Shown one piece after another: positions 44,482-54,163 of a DNA stretch of 64,000 nt (its first letter is position 1; each line of letters opens with the position of its first letter). The DNA comes from a virus, in the IMG/VR virus record IMGVR_UViG_3300010354_000046, positions 32,001 through 96,000 of that record; one strand, given 5' to 3'. The position numbers and the translations under genes were made by a program. The notes under the pieces are model-generated. The model did no database searches and was not told where the DNA came from. It worked only from the letters and a program-made list of their open reading frames with translations.

Positions 44482-47451
44482 TTATTTTAGACCTTTAATT
44501 TCACCAGTGTTCTTTAAGCGTAGTGGAATGTAGATAAATTCAACTGCCTTAACTGGTTCAATCGCAATATCTAAGTAGAGTTCGTTGCGATCGATTCTTG
44601 AAGGTGTATTATTGCTTGAATCACAGACTACAATGTAATCATACAATGCTCGTTGACCTACTAGCTCAAGTAATAAACTTTCTGCTGCACCTTTTAGCTC
44701 ATCTCGTGTAATTTTATCGTTAGGTTCAAAAATGTATGGCTTAGCCAATATTGACAACTGACGACGTAGGTACACAACTAAACGTGCTACGTTTATACGA
44801 TCTAAGGCACTTGCATTCTTTGCTCGAGTCTTTTGACCGTAGTTTACTAGACCAACACCCGTTAAGAATGTAATTGGATTAATCTTAGCGTCATACAATG
44901 TATCACGTTGTCCAGTATTAAATGCAACTGATTGGAATTCGCCTTCGCTTGTGATATAGCCAACTGCTGTTGCGTTAGTAATACCACCACGACGTGTTCC
45001 TGCTGGCGCAAACCAAGGATAAGCAACTTGATCGTTTAGCGCAATAGTACGTAACATCATGTGACTTGGAGGAACTGCAATGTTATTTCCAATGTTGTCA
45101 CTTGAGTAACCCCATGGATAGAACATAGCCATGTACTCGTCAAAACTAGTGGCTCCTTTGTCATTATCTTCTAATGCACCTGCGGTGTTATTGCCCCAGT
45201 TACTGATACTTGTTGCATCTGGTGTTAAACGTGCTGGTGTATCCCCAACAATGAATGCTGTTAAACCTCTATCGTAATTTAAGCTAATCATTTCGCCAAT
45301 TAACTCAGGATATCCTGGAGTAGCAATTAAGTTAAAGATACGTGATTCTTCGTCGCGGATTTGTTGGTTACTATTAACAACTGCTTGGAGTTTTTGTACT
45401 ACACACTTGCGTTGTGCAAATCTACCAAATGTTCCTGAACCGTCTTCATTGTTAGCAGCTTCGCTAACCCAACGGTGTGGATAGTATGTAGACATCGATT
45501 CATCGCCTGCTCTTGCATTGTCTGCATCAACATCGATATAGTTCTTAACAAAACGCTTGACGTTAAACCCTGAACGACGTAAGTTCCATAACAACATACC
45601 ACGTGGGTATAGTGCTGGATCTGGTGCATCTGGATCTAAGAAATCGCTGCTTAATAAATCTTTAATGCTACTTGCAGCTTCTTCTGCATTTGCACCTTGT
45701 GCTGTCCAACGTGCATCGCGGAATAAAATTCCTTCGTCGGTTGTTTGGTCGGTTTTGTCAACTAAGACCCACTTACCGCCCATTCTGCGATAAACTAGTG
45801 GGAAGTTTTCTAAATCAGCTGTGCTAATCCATAAATCATTATCAACTAGTGCTGTGCCATCACTTTGTAATGTTGGAGCACTGGCGCTTACTTGTGGACC
45901 GTTAGGATCTGTAGTTGGGAATTTATTTAGATAACCCTCCCAATCGCTTCCATTGTGTACCATGATATCAACCTCATCAATAGTGCTGTTGTACCATAGT
46001 CTGCCGTCTGCTGGAATATCAACTGGTTCATCTGGACCAATTTTAGCCATTGCATCTCCAACAACTAACGGTGTCCATAATGTGGCTAAGAAACGAAGGT
46101 TTGTTGGTGTTACTCCTGGACTGTCAAAACGATTAGTAGCTGCAAAAATATTTTTTGTAAATCCAGTACCTGTCATTCCTGTGAATTCAAAATCACCGCC
46201 TAGTTTATGAGTAATTGTTACATAACCTAACGCATCAACTGTGGCTGTTAGATTCGTAAACCCTGCATTGTTAAATGCAGTAGCAAAAGCATTACCTGTT
46301 GTAACTATGTCTGCTGGAGTAGCATTTCCTGCTGATGTAAAGCTAATAGTTTCTGTATTCCATGAACCATCAACTAAACTTTCTAACACAGTTGCGCCAG
46401 TTGCGCCAGTACCACTAATTGCAGTAACCTGTGTTACTGAAGTGCTGCCTGTGCCATTACGTGCCCAAATTTTGAAACTGCAATGAGCTGTTGAATTAAA
46501 TCGAACGTATGTTGCACCTAGTGCAAGGTTAGAGCCGCCTCCAATAGGATCAAGGCCCGCAAGTGCTTTAGCACCGTCTGCATAGATTGGAGCTGCTTGC
46601 TTAAGCCATGCGCCTGTTGCTAAATTATATCGTTTAACATTATAGTTAGCACCTTTATTTGGCGTTGTTGTCTTGACCCAAACAGAACCGTCTCCGGCTG
46701 TTGCAGTTCCTTTCCAATCAGGAATGTTTGTATGGGAAGCAACAGATAAAATCTTATCAAGACCTGCTTGTGTTGCCCATGTTGTTGTACCTACTTCAAT
46801 CCAAACACCGCCCGTTTTAAACCATAGTGTAACGTCGTTGATTGAAGCATCGGCAGCATTTTCTAAACATACTACTGCGTATTCTCCATTTGCACCAATT
46901 GATGATTTTGGAGTATAATCTTCGCCGCCAAAGTCGGAAACTTTAGTAGGATCGGTAATTACAATGGGTGCTTTATTTGTAAAAGTTTGATTTGTTTCGC
47001 TCCACTCAAAAATACCAAACAGCGTATTTTGTGTATCGAACCAAAATGTTCCATCTGCTGGTGCGCCGCTTGGTGCGTCAACAGTTGCATCTAGTTGACC
47101 AAGGTCAACGTCAGCACGTACTACATAAGCGCGATTGCTAACGCCTAAGAAGCTGTATGCTGCTTGCAATCCGTATTCGTTCTGCTCACCTGCATGAATA
47201 GGATTGTTATTAGCGTCTGTCTTAAAGATAGGTGTTCCAAACGTATCTCCAAGATCTTTTTGACTTGTTAATAGATAAACGGTACCGGCATTAGCTTTTA
47301 ATGTTCCGGGAGCAATACCTGTTCCTGCACTATTTTGTTTACTTTCTTCAGAAGTAACAATAATTAGAGGAACTGTGCCTGGTGCGGCCGGGGTATAAAA
47401 ACTCTCGTCGATTACTGAAACCGATACGCCTGGTGAACTGAGTTGAGCCAT
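44482..47451 (-). CDS. tail sheath protein (gp18-like)
   Basis: SPGVSVSVIDES, PWFAPAGTRRG, DRINVARL, FEPND, KAVEFIYI. Confidence 0.95.
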   Translation of the reverse strand: MAQLSSPGVSVSVIDESFYTPAAPGTVPLIIVTSEESKQNSAGTGIAPGTLKANAGTVYLLTSQKDLGDTFGTPIFKTDANNNPIHAGEQNEYGLQAAYSFLGVSNRAYVVRADVDLGQLDATVDAPSGAPADGTFWFDTQNTLFGIFEWSETNQTFTNKAPIVITDPTKVSDFGGEDYTPKSSIGANGEYAVVCLENAADASINDVTLWFKTGGVWIEVGTTTWATQAGLDKILSVASHTNIPDWKGTATAGDGSVWVKTTTPNKGANYNVKRYNLATGAWLKQAAPIYADGAKALAGLDPIGGGSNLALGATYVRFNSTAHCSFKIWARNGTGSTSVTQVTAISGTGATGATVLESLVDGSWNTETISFTSAGNATPADIVTTGNAFATAFNNAGFTNLTATVDALGYVTITHKLGGDFEFTGMTGTGFTKNIFAATNRFDSPGVTPTNLRFLATLWTPLVVGDAMAKIGPDEPVDIPADGRLWYNSTIDEVDIMVHNGSDWEGYLNKFPTTDPNGPQVSASAPTLQSDGTALVDNDLWISTADLENFPLVYRRMGGKWVLVDKTDQTTDEGILFRDARWTAQGANAEEAASSIKDLLSSDFLDPDAPDPALYPRGMLLWNLRRSGFNVKRFVKNYIDVDADNARAGDESMSTYYPHRWVSEAANNEDGSGTFGRFAQRKCVVQKLQAVVNSNQQIRDEESRIFNLIATPGYPELIGEMISLNYDRGLTAFIVGDTPARLTPDATSISNWGNNTAGALEDNDKGATSFDEYMAMFYPWGYSSDNIGNNIAVPPSHMMLRTIALNDQVAYPWFAPAGTRRGGITNATAVGYITSEGEFQSVAFNTGQRDTLYDAKINPITFLTGVGLVNYGQKTRAKNASALDRINVARLVVYLRRQLSILAKPYIFEPNDKITRDELKGAAESLLLELVGQRALYDYIVVCDSSNNTPSRIDRNELYLDIAIEPVKAVEFIYIPLRLKNTGEIKGLK

Positions 47452-47555
47452 ATTAGAATCTCCATGAATACAATTCTTAATGTATTTAGTGGATTTTGGT
47501 ATTTTGGCTAGGTTATAAGCCCTGAAAAAGGGATAGAAAAGGTGTAAATATTTGT

Positions 47556-47891
47556 ATGAGACCTTTATGCAAGTGCGGGCAAAGGCCTGCGGCAGTGAAT
47601 TATTATAAAAATGGACGGGCTTATTACCGTAGCCAATGTGAATCCTGTCTTAAAGGCGGGTTATTCTCTGGTATCCCTCGTTGGCAGCGAGCAGGATATA
47701 AAATGAAAAACACTTGCGACAAATGCGGGTTTAAAAGTCCACACAAAGAAGTGTTCAATGTATTTCATGTAGACGGCGATTTAAATAATTGCCGTCCAGC
47801 TAATCTTAAGACTGTGTGTGCAAACTGTCAACGAGTCCTGCATAAAGAGGGCGTTCGTTGGCGTCAAGGGGATCTTGTACCAGACCTTTAA
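47556..47891 (+). CDS. HNH-like zinc-binding protein
   Basis: CKCG, CESC, CDKCG, HVDGDLNN...NL..VCANC. Confidence 0.75.
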   Translation: MRPLCKCGQRPAAVNYYKNGRAYYRSQCESCLKGGLFSGIPRWQRAGYKMKNTCDKCGFKSPHKEVFNVFHVDGDLNNCRPANLKTVCANCQRVLHKEGVRWRQGDLVPDL

Positions 47892-48498
47892 CTTGGTCAA
47901 ACAGATTTTCAATACTACCGTTATTGTCCAGTACGGCATCAAAATCCGTGCCAACCCATGCAGTTTCGCTAGCATGAATTTTATACTTGGCCATCCTGTC
48001 TTTAGCTATGGCCCAACCAATATGACGATTTCCTTTATTAACGGCTACTGCGTCTTCGTACCACTCGGGTTCGTCACCGCGAACTACACGTATAACTCTG
48101 CCGCCAGCATTTCTGATACTTTTAATTTCGTTAGGAAAACGGCAGTCGGAGATTACAATATCGTCTTTGCTAGTACGTAGTTTATTTTCAAGGGCAGCAA
48201 TCCAAATATCATCGTGGAAGGCTTTACGGCATACTTCTGTGCCCCAATACTGTAAAATCCAACGAGGAGTAATATCCATACCCAACCGATTACTCCACCA
48301 CTCGTCACGTTGTTCTCGCCATTCACGGGCTTGTTTTGTGCGCCCTTCTAGCATAGTTCTATCCCAGCCAAAAACATGGGCTACAGCGTCTTTTAGGCTG
48401 TTAGCAAAACTTTCTCGTCTAAATCCATGGTAATTAACCAGGTAATCAGCAATGGTATCTTTGCCCGAACCAATGAACCCGCAAACGCCAATAATCAT
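47806..48498 (-). CDS. deoxynucleoside monophosphate kinase (gp1-like)
   Basis: GFIGSGKDT, FANSLKD, PRWILQYWGTE, SDCRFPNE, HASE. Confidence 0.92.
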   Translation of the reverse strand: MIIGVCGFIGSGKDTIADYLVNYHGFRRESFANSLKDAVAHVFGWDRTMLEGRTKQAREWREQRDEWWSNRLGMDITPRWILQYWGTEVCRKAFHDDIWIAALENKLRTSKDDIVISDCRFPNEIKSIRNAGGRVIRVVRGDEPEWYEDAVAVNKGNRHIGWAIAKDRMAKYKIHASETAWVGTDFDAVLDNNGSIENLFDQVKGLVQDPLDANERPLYAGLVDSLHTQS

Positions 48499-48557
48499 AA
48501 GAACCCCCGTAATTTCTGCTAGTATATAACAAAAAGATTACGGGGGTCAAGAATTTT

Positions 48558-49349
48558 TTAGCCAATAATAAATGTGTAAGGAACCCCGCCTGGGACTAAG
48601 TCAAGTATTTCTTTTTCGAGCTTTTCAATTTCTTGATTGCCTGCGGTTTGCAATGCTGTACCATTAAGAGTAATAGGGCTTCCTGGGCCTGCAATACTGC
48701 CAAACTTACTACGGGCTTCGCCTAGCATTAATTTACAAACTGCTAAAGTGTAATCGTACAACCATTGTTTTGCATAAAGATCTTGCAGTAATACAAAATC
48801 AGGCCTATAATTTTGTGTTCGCATTAAAATCTGTTCGCCTTGTGCAAATGGCCTTTGTAAAATAGTTAACATGTGATTAGTAGGATTAAATTTGAATTCA
48901 ATATAGCTACCAAACATTTTACCTACTAGTTTTTGGTAACCTGCAAATAATTCGTATGTTGCAAGCCCGCCCATCATAGTACCGCTTAGTAGATAAGTGT
49001 TAGTGTACGCCAAGTTGAACGGCTCGAACAATGTTCCGCCTGCACCCAAACCACTTCTACTGCCTACTGCCCTTCTAAAAATAGATTGCACATTGATAAT
49101 TTCATTAGGAAGCCTGTATTCATTAACATCTTGTTGCAGTTCTAAAAAGCTATAACTTTCTTCAACTGCATTACTGCTACGTTGTCTAAATTTTGTTAAG
49201 GCGCGATCTAGTGCAATTTCCATGTGTTTAGGATCTAACTCGACGTCAACCATACCATCGCCTAGCATGGTTTTAACGTAATCAAACACTTTGTTACGTT
49301 CAATTAAACTTGTAGATTCGCTAGGATCTTGTGGATAAGTATCTGCCAT
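48558..49349 (-). CDS. neck protein (gp13-like)
   Basis: LGDGMVDVEL, LGEARSKF, TLNG; late promoter and AGGAG RBS. Confidence 0.8.
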   Translation of the reverse strand: MADTYPQDPSESTSLIERNKVFDYVKTMLGDGMVDVELDPKHMEIALDRALTKFRQRSSNAVEESYSFLELQQDVNEYRLPNEIINVQSIFRRAVGSRSGLGAGGTLFEPFNLAYTNTYLLSGTMMGGLATYELFAGYQKLVGKMFGSYIEFKFNPTNHMLTILQRPFAQGEQILMRTQNYRPDFVLLQDLYAKQWLYDYTLAVCKLMLGEARSKFGSIAGPGSPITLNGTALQTAGNQEIEKLEKEILDLVPGGVPYTFIIG

Positions 49350-49391
49350 TTTTAGTTCTCCTAGTATATTTAGCTGGCGATAAATATCATT

Positions 49392-50825
49392 ATGCCACGA
49401 TTATCCTTATATAGACCCGAACGAGGGCAAGACTACAAATTCATAGATCGTCAGATTTCTGAGATGTTTCAGGCTGGCGGCACGGACATTTATTTGCACA
49501 AATATCTGGGTCCTAAAAATCCTACGGAAGGGACTGCTGATCAACCCGTGTATGATGCTGTTAAAGAAACAAACATACAAGATTTGCTATTTTTAGAAAA
49601 TCGTGATAGAAAATACGAGTCTGAGATTTATAAACTTAGGACCATTTATGCAGTTCAACAAACCGACTGGAATCTGAGTCAATTTGGACTATTCATAGAT
49701 AACGACACTATTAATATCAGTGTACATATTAACGATATAGTAACAACAATAGGTCGTAAACCTATGTCAGGAGATGTGTTCGAGTTGCCGCATATGAAAG
49801 ACTTATTTGCATTAAACGATTTAAGTTTTGGTATGCCGCGATACTATGTTATTGAAGATGTTACTTTAGAAAGTGCTGGGTATAGCGTTACGTGGTATCC
49901 TCATTTGTATAGATTAAAATGTAAACGTATTGTTGATGCTCAACAATTTGCTGATATACTTGATAAGCCTGCTACCGATGCAGACGGCAATCCAACAGAA
50001 CAATCTTTACGAGAAATTTTAAGCATACACAACAAAGAGCTTGAAATTAATGATGCTATTGTACAACAGGCCGAAGCTGATGCATCTAAGAGCGGATACG
50101 AGACTAGACAATTTTATACACTAGCTGTTGATCCTACAACAGGTAAACCTGTATTGAACACAGCAGACTCTACTGAAATAAACGCCAGTACAATTAGTAC
50201 CTCTAGCAATGCGTTAAATGTTTCATCAAATAATGCAGTTCCGGTAAGAACGGGCTATACTGGATATCTTGTAGGTGACGGTTTTCCAAGTAATGGTTAT
50301 GATTTTGGGTTTGGTATTCAATTTCCAGAAGCGCCAGTCAAAGACGATTTCTATTTACGAACAGATTTTCTTCCTAATAGATTATTCCGTTTCGATGGAT
50401 CACGTTGGGTCAAAGTTGAAGATGCTGTTCGCATGAACATGACTAATACTGATACCCGAAACACGCTTAAAACTAGTTTCATTAATAATAGTAACTACAT
50501 TTATAACGATGCAGTCCAAGATGGCAGCGATTTTGTTGCATTGGAAAAAGGCGACTATATTATAGATACAAATATTAATTTCACTGTTACTAGTTTGTTT
50601 GTAGAATTTAAATTAAGTGTTGTATCATTTGGATTTAAATTGTCCGAGTACTCTCCTCCTTTAATCACAAATAACTTAGGAAAAATTAGGATTACCTTGC
50701 CAGTTGTTAACGATGAGCAATTAGTTATCCCAGAAACTGGTAGCTGGAGAATTACACTATGTAACAATCGAGAAGCGCAGAGACAATCTTTAAGTAAAGT
50801 TTTAAGACCTAAGGCAGATTTATAA
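49392..50825 (+). CDS. neck protein (gp14-like)
   Basis: LFLENRDRKY, LSQFGL, PMSGDVFELP; between gp13 and gp15. Confidence 0.7.
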   Translation: MPRLSLYRPERGQDYKFIDRQISEMFQAGGTDIYLHKYLGPKNPTEGTADQPVYDAVKETNIQDLLFLENRDRKYESEIYKLRTIYAVQQTDWNLSQFGLFIDNDTINISVHINDIVTTIGRKPMSGDVFELPHMKDLFALNDLSFGMPRYYVIEDVTLESAGYSVTWYPHLYRLKCKRIVDAQQFADILDKPATDADGNPTEQSLREILSIHNKELEINDAIVQQAEADASKSGYETRQFYTLAVDPTTGKPVLNTADSTEINASTISTSSNALNVSSNNAVPVRTGYTGYLVGDGFPSNGYDFGFGIQFPEAPVKDDFYLRTDFLPNRLFRFDGSRWVKVEDAVRMNMTNTDTRNTLKTSFINNSNYIYNDAVQDGSDFVALEKGDYIIDTNINFTVTSLFVEFKLSVVSFGFKLSEYSPPLITNNLGKIRITLPVVNDEQLVIPETGSWRITLCNNREAQRQSLSKVLRPKADL

Positions 50826-52267
50826 TGCAACATTTTTATGACGGACAGATAAGAAGATACCTAACCCAAACAATACGAGTTTTAAGTAACTTTGTAGTAA
50901 AATATGGAGATGGTACTTTAGTTAGAATTCCTGTAGGCTACGGAGATGCTGATCGCCAAGCTGCCAATGTAGTTCGACAAAACACCGGATCATCTCTTAG
51001 TAGTGTTCCAAAAATAAGTGTTTATATATCTGGGTTAGATTTAGACAGTTCACGTTTGGGTGATTCGAGTTATGTTGGGAAAGTTCACATACGAGAACGA
51101 GATATCGATATTGCAACCGACAGATATACTCAAGGCCAGGGACGCAACTACACAGTTGAAAGAATGATGCCTACACCGTTTAAGTTAACCATGAAGGCCG
51201 ATATATGGACTGCCAACACTGATCAAAAATTACAGGTACTTGAACAAATTTTAGTATTATTCAATCCTAGCTTAGAGTTACAAACAACAGACAACTATAT
51301 CGATTGGACTAGTCTTAGCGTCTTAAATCTTTCACAGGTAAATTGGAGTTCAAGGCAAATTCCTGTTGGGACAGATAGTCCTATCGACATTGCTACTCTA
51401 ACTTTTGAAACTCCTATATGGATCAGTCCTCCTGTTAAAGTTAAACATCTTGGGGTTATACACAGTATTATTACTAGCATTTATCAAGACGCAGGTCGTA
51501 GTGATGATGCATACATAGAAGGCTTAGGTCATCCATTAACTTCAGGACAGAGTAATTTTGCAAATCTATTAACCAAAGAAATTGTTACAGTTACAGACTA
51601 TGTTATACAAGTATACAACGGTCAAGCAGTTTTGTTAAAAACAAATGAAGGATATGTTCCGAGAGAACCTGTTCTCGATATCCCTCAACGAAACGGAGTT
51701 CCAATTAATTGGAATGAATTGTTTGACAAATACCCTAAAAAGTATGCACCGGGGTCGACAATGATATTTTTAGTTCAGCCAAACGGGTCTGAAGTTGTTG
51801 GAACTGTACTGATTGATCCAACAAATGAAACAATATTAAAAATTAATTGGGATGCCGATACAAGGCCGCCTGATACCGATTTAGATAGCCCTGGTGACAG
51901 AAGCTCTAATGGCGGCAGAAGTTTAGGAACTTTTGACGCAATTATCGATCCTACAAAAACTTATCCTGGAAGCGGAATGACAAATTTAGAATCAGGAGAC
52001 AGATTTTTAATTATCGAGGATATAGTAGATACAAGTCTTAATGATCCAGTTGCACAAGGTTGGGGCGGGTTCGTTGCAGCAGCAAATGATATTATCGAAT
52101 GGGATGGATCGGCGTGGCAAATAATTTTTGAATCTGCTCAAGAATCTAACACCATGATCTGGCAAACTAATATATACACTGGTATACAATACGTGTGGAA
52201 TGGCGTAATGTGGGCTAAATCATTTGAAGGCGAATACGCACCAGGATCATGGAGAATAGAAATATAA
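50825..52267 (+). CDS. tail sheath stabilizer/terminator (gp15-like)
   Basis: HFYDGQIRRY, IPVGYG, QVLEQILVLFNP. Confidence 0.8.
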   Translation: MQHFYDGQIRRYLTQTIRVLSNFVVKYGDGTLVRIPVGYGDADRQAANVVRQNTGSSLSSVPKISVYISGLDLDSSRLGDSSYVGKVHIRERDIDIATDRYTQGQGRNYTVERMMPTPFKLTMKADIWTANTDQKLQVLEQILVLFNPSLELQTTDNYIDWTSLSVLNLSQVNWSSRQIPVGTDSPIDIATLTFETPIWISPPVKVKHLGVIHSIITSIYQDAGRSDDAYIEGLGHPLTSGQSNFANLLTKEIVTVTDYVIQVYNGQAVLLKTNEGYVPREPVLDIPQRNGVPINWNELFDKYPKKYAPGSTMIFLVQPNGSEVVGTVLIDPTNETILKINWDADTRPPDTDLDSPGDRSSNGGRSLGTFDAIIDPTKTYPGSGMTNLESGDRFLIIEDIVDTSLNDPVAQGWGGFVAAANDIIEWDGSAWQIIFESAQESNTMIWQTNIYTGIQYVWNGVMWAKSFEGEYAPGSWRIEI

Positions 52268-52698
52268 ATGATAAAATTATCTGTAGTGGTGCTTTGATTT
52301 ATTCAAGATCCACTCAAAGATTTCTTTTATTACAAAAAGCTCAAGGTAAACATTCAGGCACTTGGGGGCTTGTTGGCGGTACAATGCACGAAGATGAAAA
52401 TCCATGGCAAGGTTTACAACGAGAAATTACCGAAGAAATAGGTAGTATGCCTGAAATAACAAAAACAATACCTTTAGAAACATTTGTCAGCAACGATACT
52501 GTGTTTAATTTTCACACTTATTTGTGTGTAGTTGAAAATGAATTTGTTCCCTTGCTAAGTGACGAGCACTCAGGGTGGGCGTGGTCAACTATGGATTCAA
52601 CACCAAAACCATTACATCAAGGTCTACGTAATAGTTTTAGTAATAAAACAGTAAAGACTAAACTACAAACTGTTTTCAATGTTATGGATTTGATTTAA
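52249..52698 (+). CDS. NUDIX hydrolase
   Basis: WGLVGG...E......REITEEIG Nudix box; LSDEH. Confidence 0.88.
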   Translation: MENRNINDKIICSGALIYSRSTQRFLLLQKAQGKHSGTWGLVGGTMHEDENPWQGLQREITEEIGSMPEITKTIPLETFVSNDTVFNFHTYLCVVENEFVPLLSDEHSGWAWSTMDSTPKPLHQGLRNSFSNKTVKTKLQTVFNVMDLI

Positions 52699-54163
52699 TA
52701 TAATCGATCCATTGTTTGTGATTCACAGCATTTCTTTTCGTTTGATCTTTAATTAGGTTAATTTTTTCCGAGTAATTTTTTGTTGCGTTATAAAGATGAT
52801 GGTGATCTAAAAATTTCTTTAGCCCTTCTTTATTCTTAATCAGACCGTGACCGTATGCTACACAAGTAAAACTAGTAGATTCAAACATAAATCTATCATT
52901 TGGAATATCTTTACTTGTCAGGACTCCGTAGTTAAATTTTTCTTCCATTTCCAGTATCCATTTGGGTTTATTACCGGTCATGTATCGCCAAAAGTCGCTA
53001 TCTGTGCGGTTGGTGTTATAGAAAAATCTAATATACTTGAAGCTATTTTCATAGATTTCTGACATCGTATTATTATAGTTTCTTTGATCATACGCAAGAT
53101 GTGTTCCTTGAAATAGTCTTGTAAAATTATCAATTTGTATAATTAGATGATGAATACTGGTAGCTTCTAAAGGTTCAACAAATCCGCTAGCAAGACCGAT
53201 AGCAAGACAGTTACCTATCCATTGATTGTTATAGTAGCCGCTTGTAAAATTGATGACTCTATCGCTTTGCAATTCAACATCGTGTGTTTCAACTAACCAT
53301 CGATTAAAATCATTTTTTGCTTCTTCGTCTGTAGTAAATTTACTACTATAAACGTAACCTGTTCCTCGTCTGTTACTTAACGGAACATCAAGAATCCATC
53401 CGTTTTTGCTGGCAGTGGCTGTTGTATACGGAGGTATTTCATTAAAATTTTTAAACAACGGATTGGGTATAGTTTTATTTGTAGGTAACAATTCTGACAT
53501 ATCAATCCAGTCGGCATTGAATTGTTTAATTAAAATACGTTCGTATCCAGAGGCATCAATATAAACATCTCCTCGTATTACTTCTCCTGATTGAAGTTTT
53601 ATATAATCAATAACATTGTCTTTAAGAATTACTTCCGAAACTATTCCGTCAATGGTTTTAATTTTATCTTTAAATTTATTTTCGACATATTTGCTGAAGA
53701 GAGTTGCATCAACATGTAGTGCATGTCGATAGGATAAATCATTTGTACTAGGAATTAAATTATTTTGAAAAAAGAATTGTCCGTAATTATAGCCACCATT
53801 AGCTTGATCTTGCAAGATTTCATAAGCTTCAATGGCGTTGTAATTAAACATCACAGAGTCGATTGCTGCTAAAGATTCGTTGTGAGGAAAGCTGTGATAC
53901 CATTCGGCTCCGGGTTGTGCCCAATCTTTAAATTTAAGCCCTAATTTTATTGTTGCATTACAGTCTCTAATTAAATCTAAAGTAGATATGCCTACAGCTT
54001 TTAAGTATGCATCGAACACCGGAGTTAAACTTTCTCCTACGCCGATTCCTGGTTTTTTATGATCGTAGATTACAGTTATTTCAGCCCGATCGCCCCAGTA
54101 TGATTTAAAATAACTAGAAGCAACTGCTCCGCTTGTTCCTCCACCAATAATGACAATTTTCAT
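52682..54163 (-). CDS. flavin-dependent tryptophan-halogenase-like protein
   Basis: GGGTSG, IGVGES, ATIKLG, GFVEPLEAT; WILDVP in place of WxWxIP. Confidence 0.85.
   Translation of the reverse strand: MKIVIIGGGTSGAVASSYFKSYWGDRAEITVIYDHKKPGIGVGESLTPVFDAYLKAVGISTLDLIRDCNATIKLGLKFKDWAQPGAEWYHSFPHNESLAAIDSVMFNYNAIEAYEILQDQANGGYNYGQFFFQNNLIPSTNDLSYRHALHVDATLFSKYVENKFKDKIKTIDGIVSEVILKDNVIDYIKLQSGEVIRGDVYIDASGYERILIKQFNADWIDMSELLPTNKTIPNPLFKNFNEIPPYTTATASKNGWILDVPLSNRRGTGYVYSSKFTTDEEAKNDFNRWLVETHDVELQSDRVINFTSGYYNNQWIGNCLAIGLASGFVEPLEATSIHHLIIQIDNFTRLFQGTHLAYDQRNYNNTMSEIYENSFKYIRFFYNTNRTDSDFWRYMTGNKPKWILEMEEKFNYGVLTSKDIPNDRFMFESTSFTCVAYGHGLIKNKEGLKKFLDHHHLYNATKNYSEKINLIKDQTKRNAVNHKQWIDYIKSNP

Noticed and set aside
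47556-47891. HNH gene as a mobile homing endonuclease or intron
   Set aside because: It is short, free-standing, has a late-type promoter and does not interrupt any gene.
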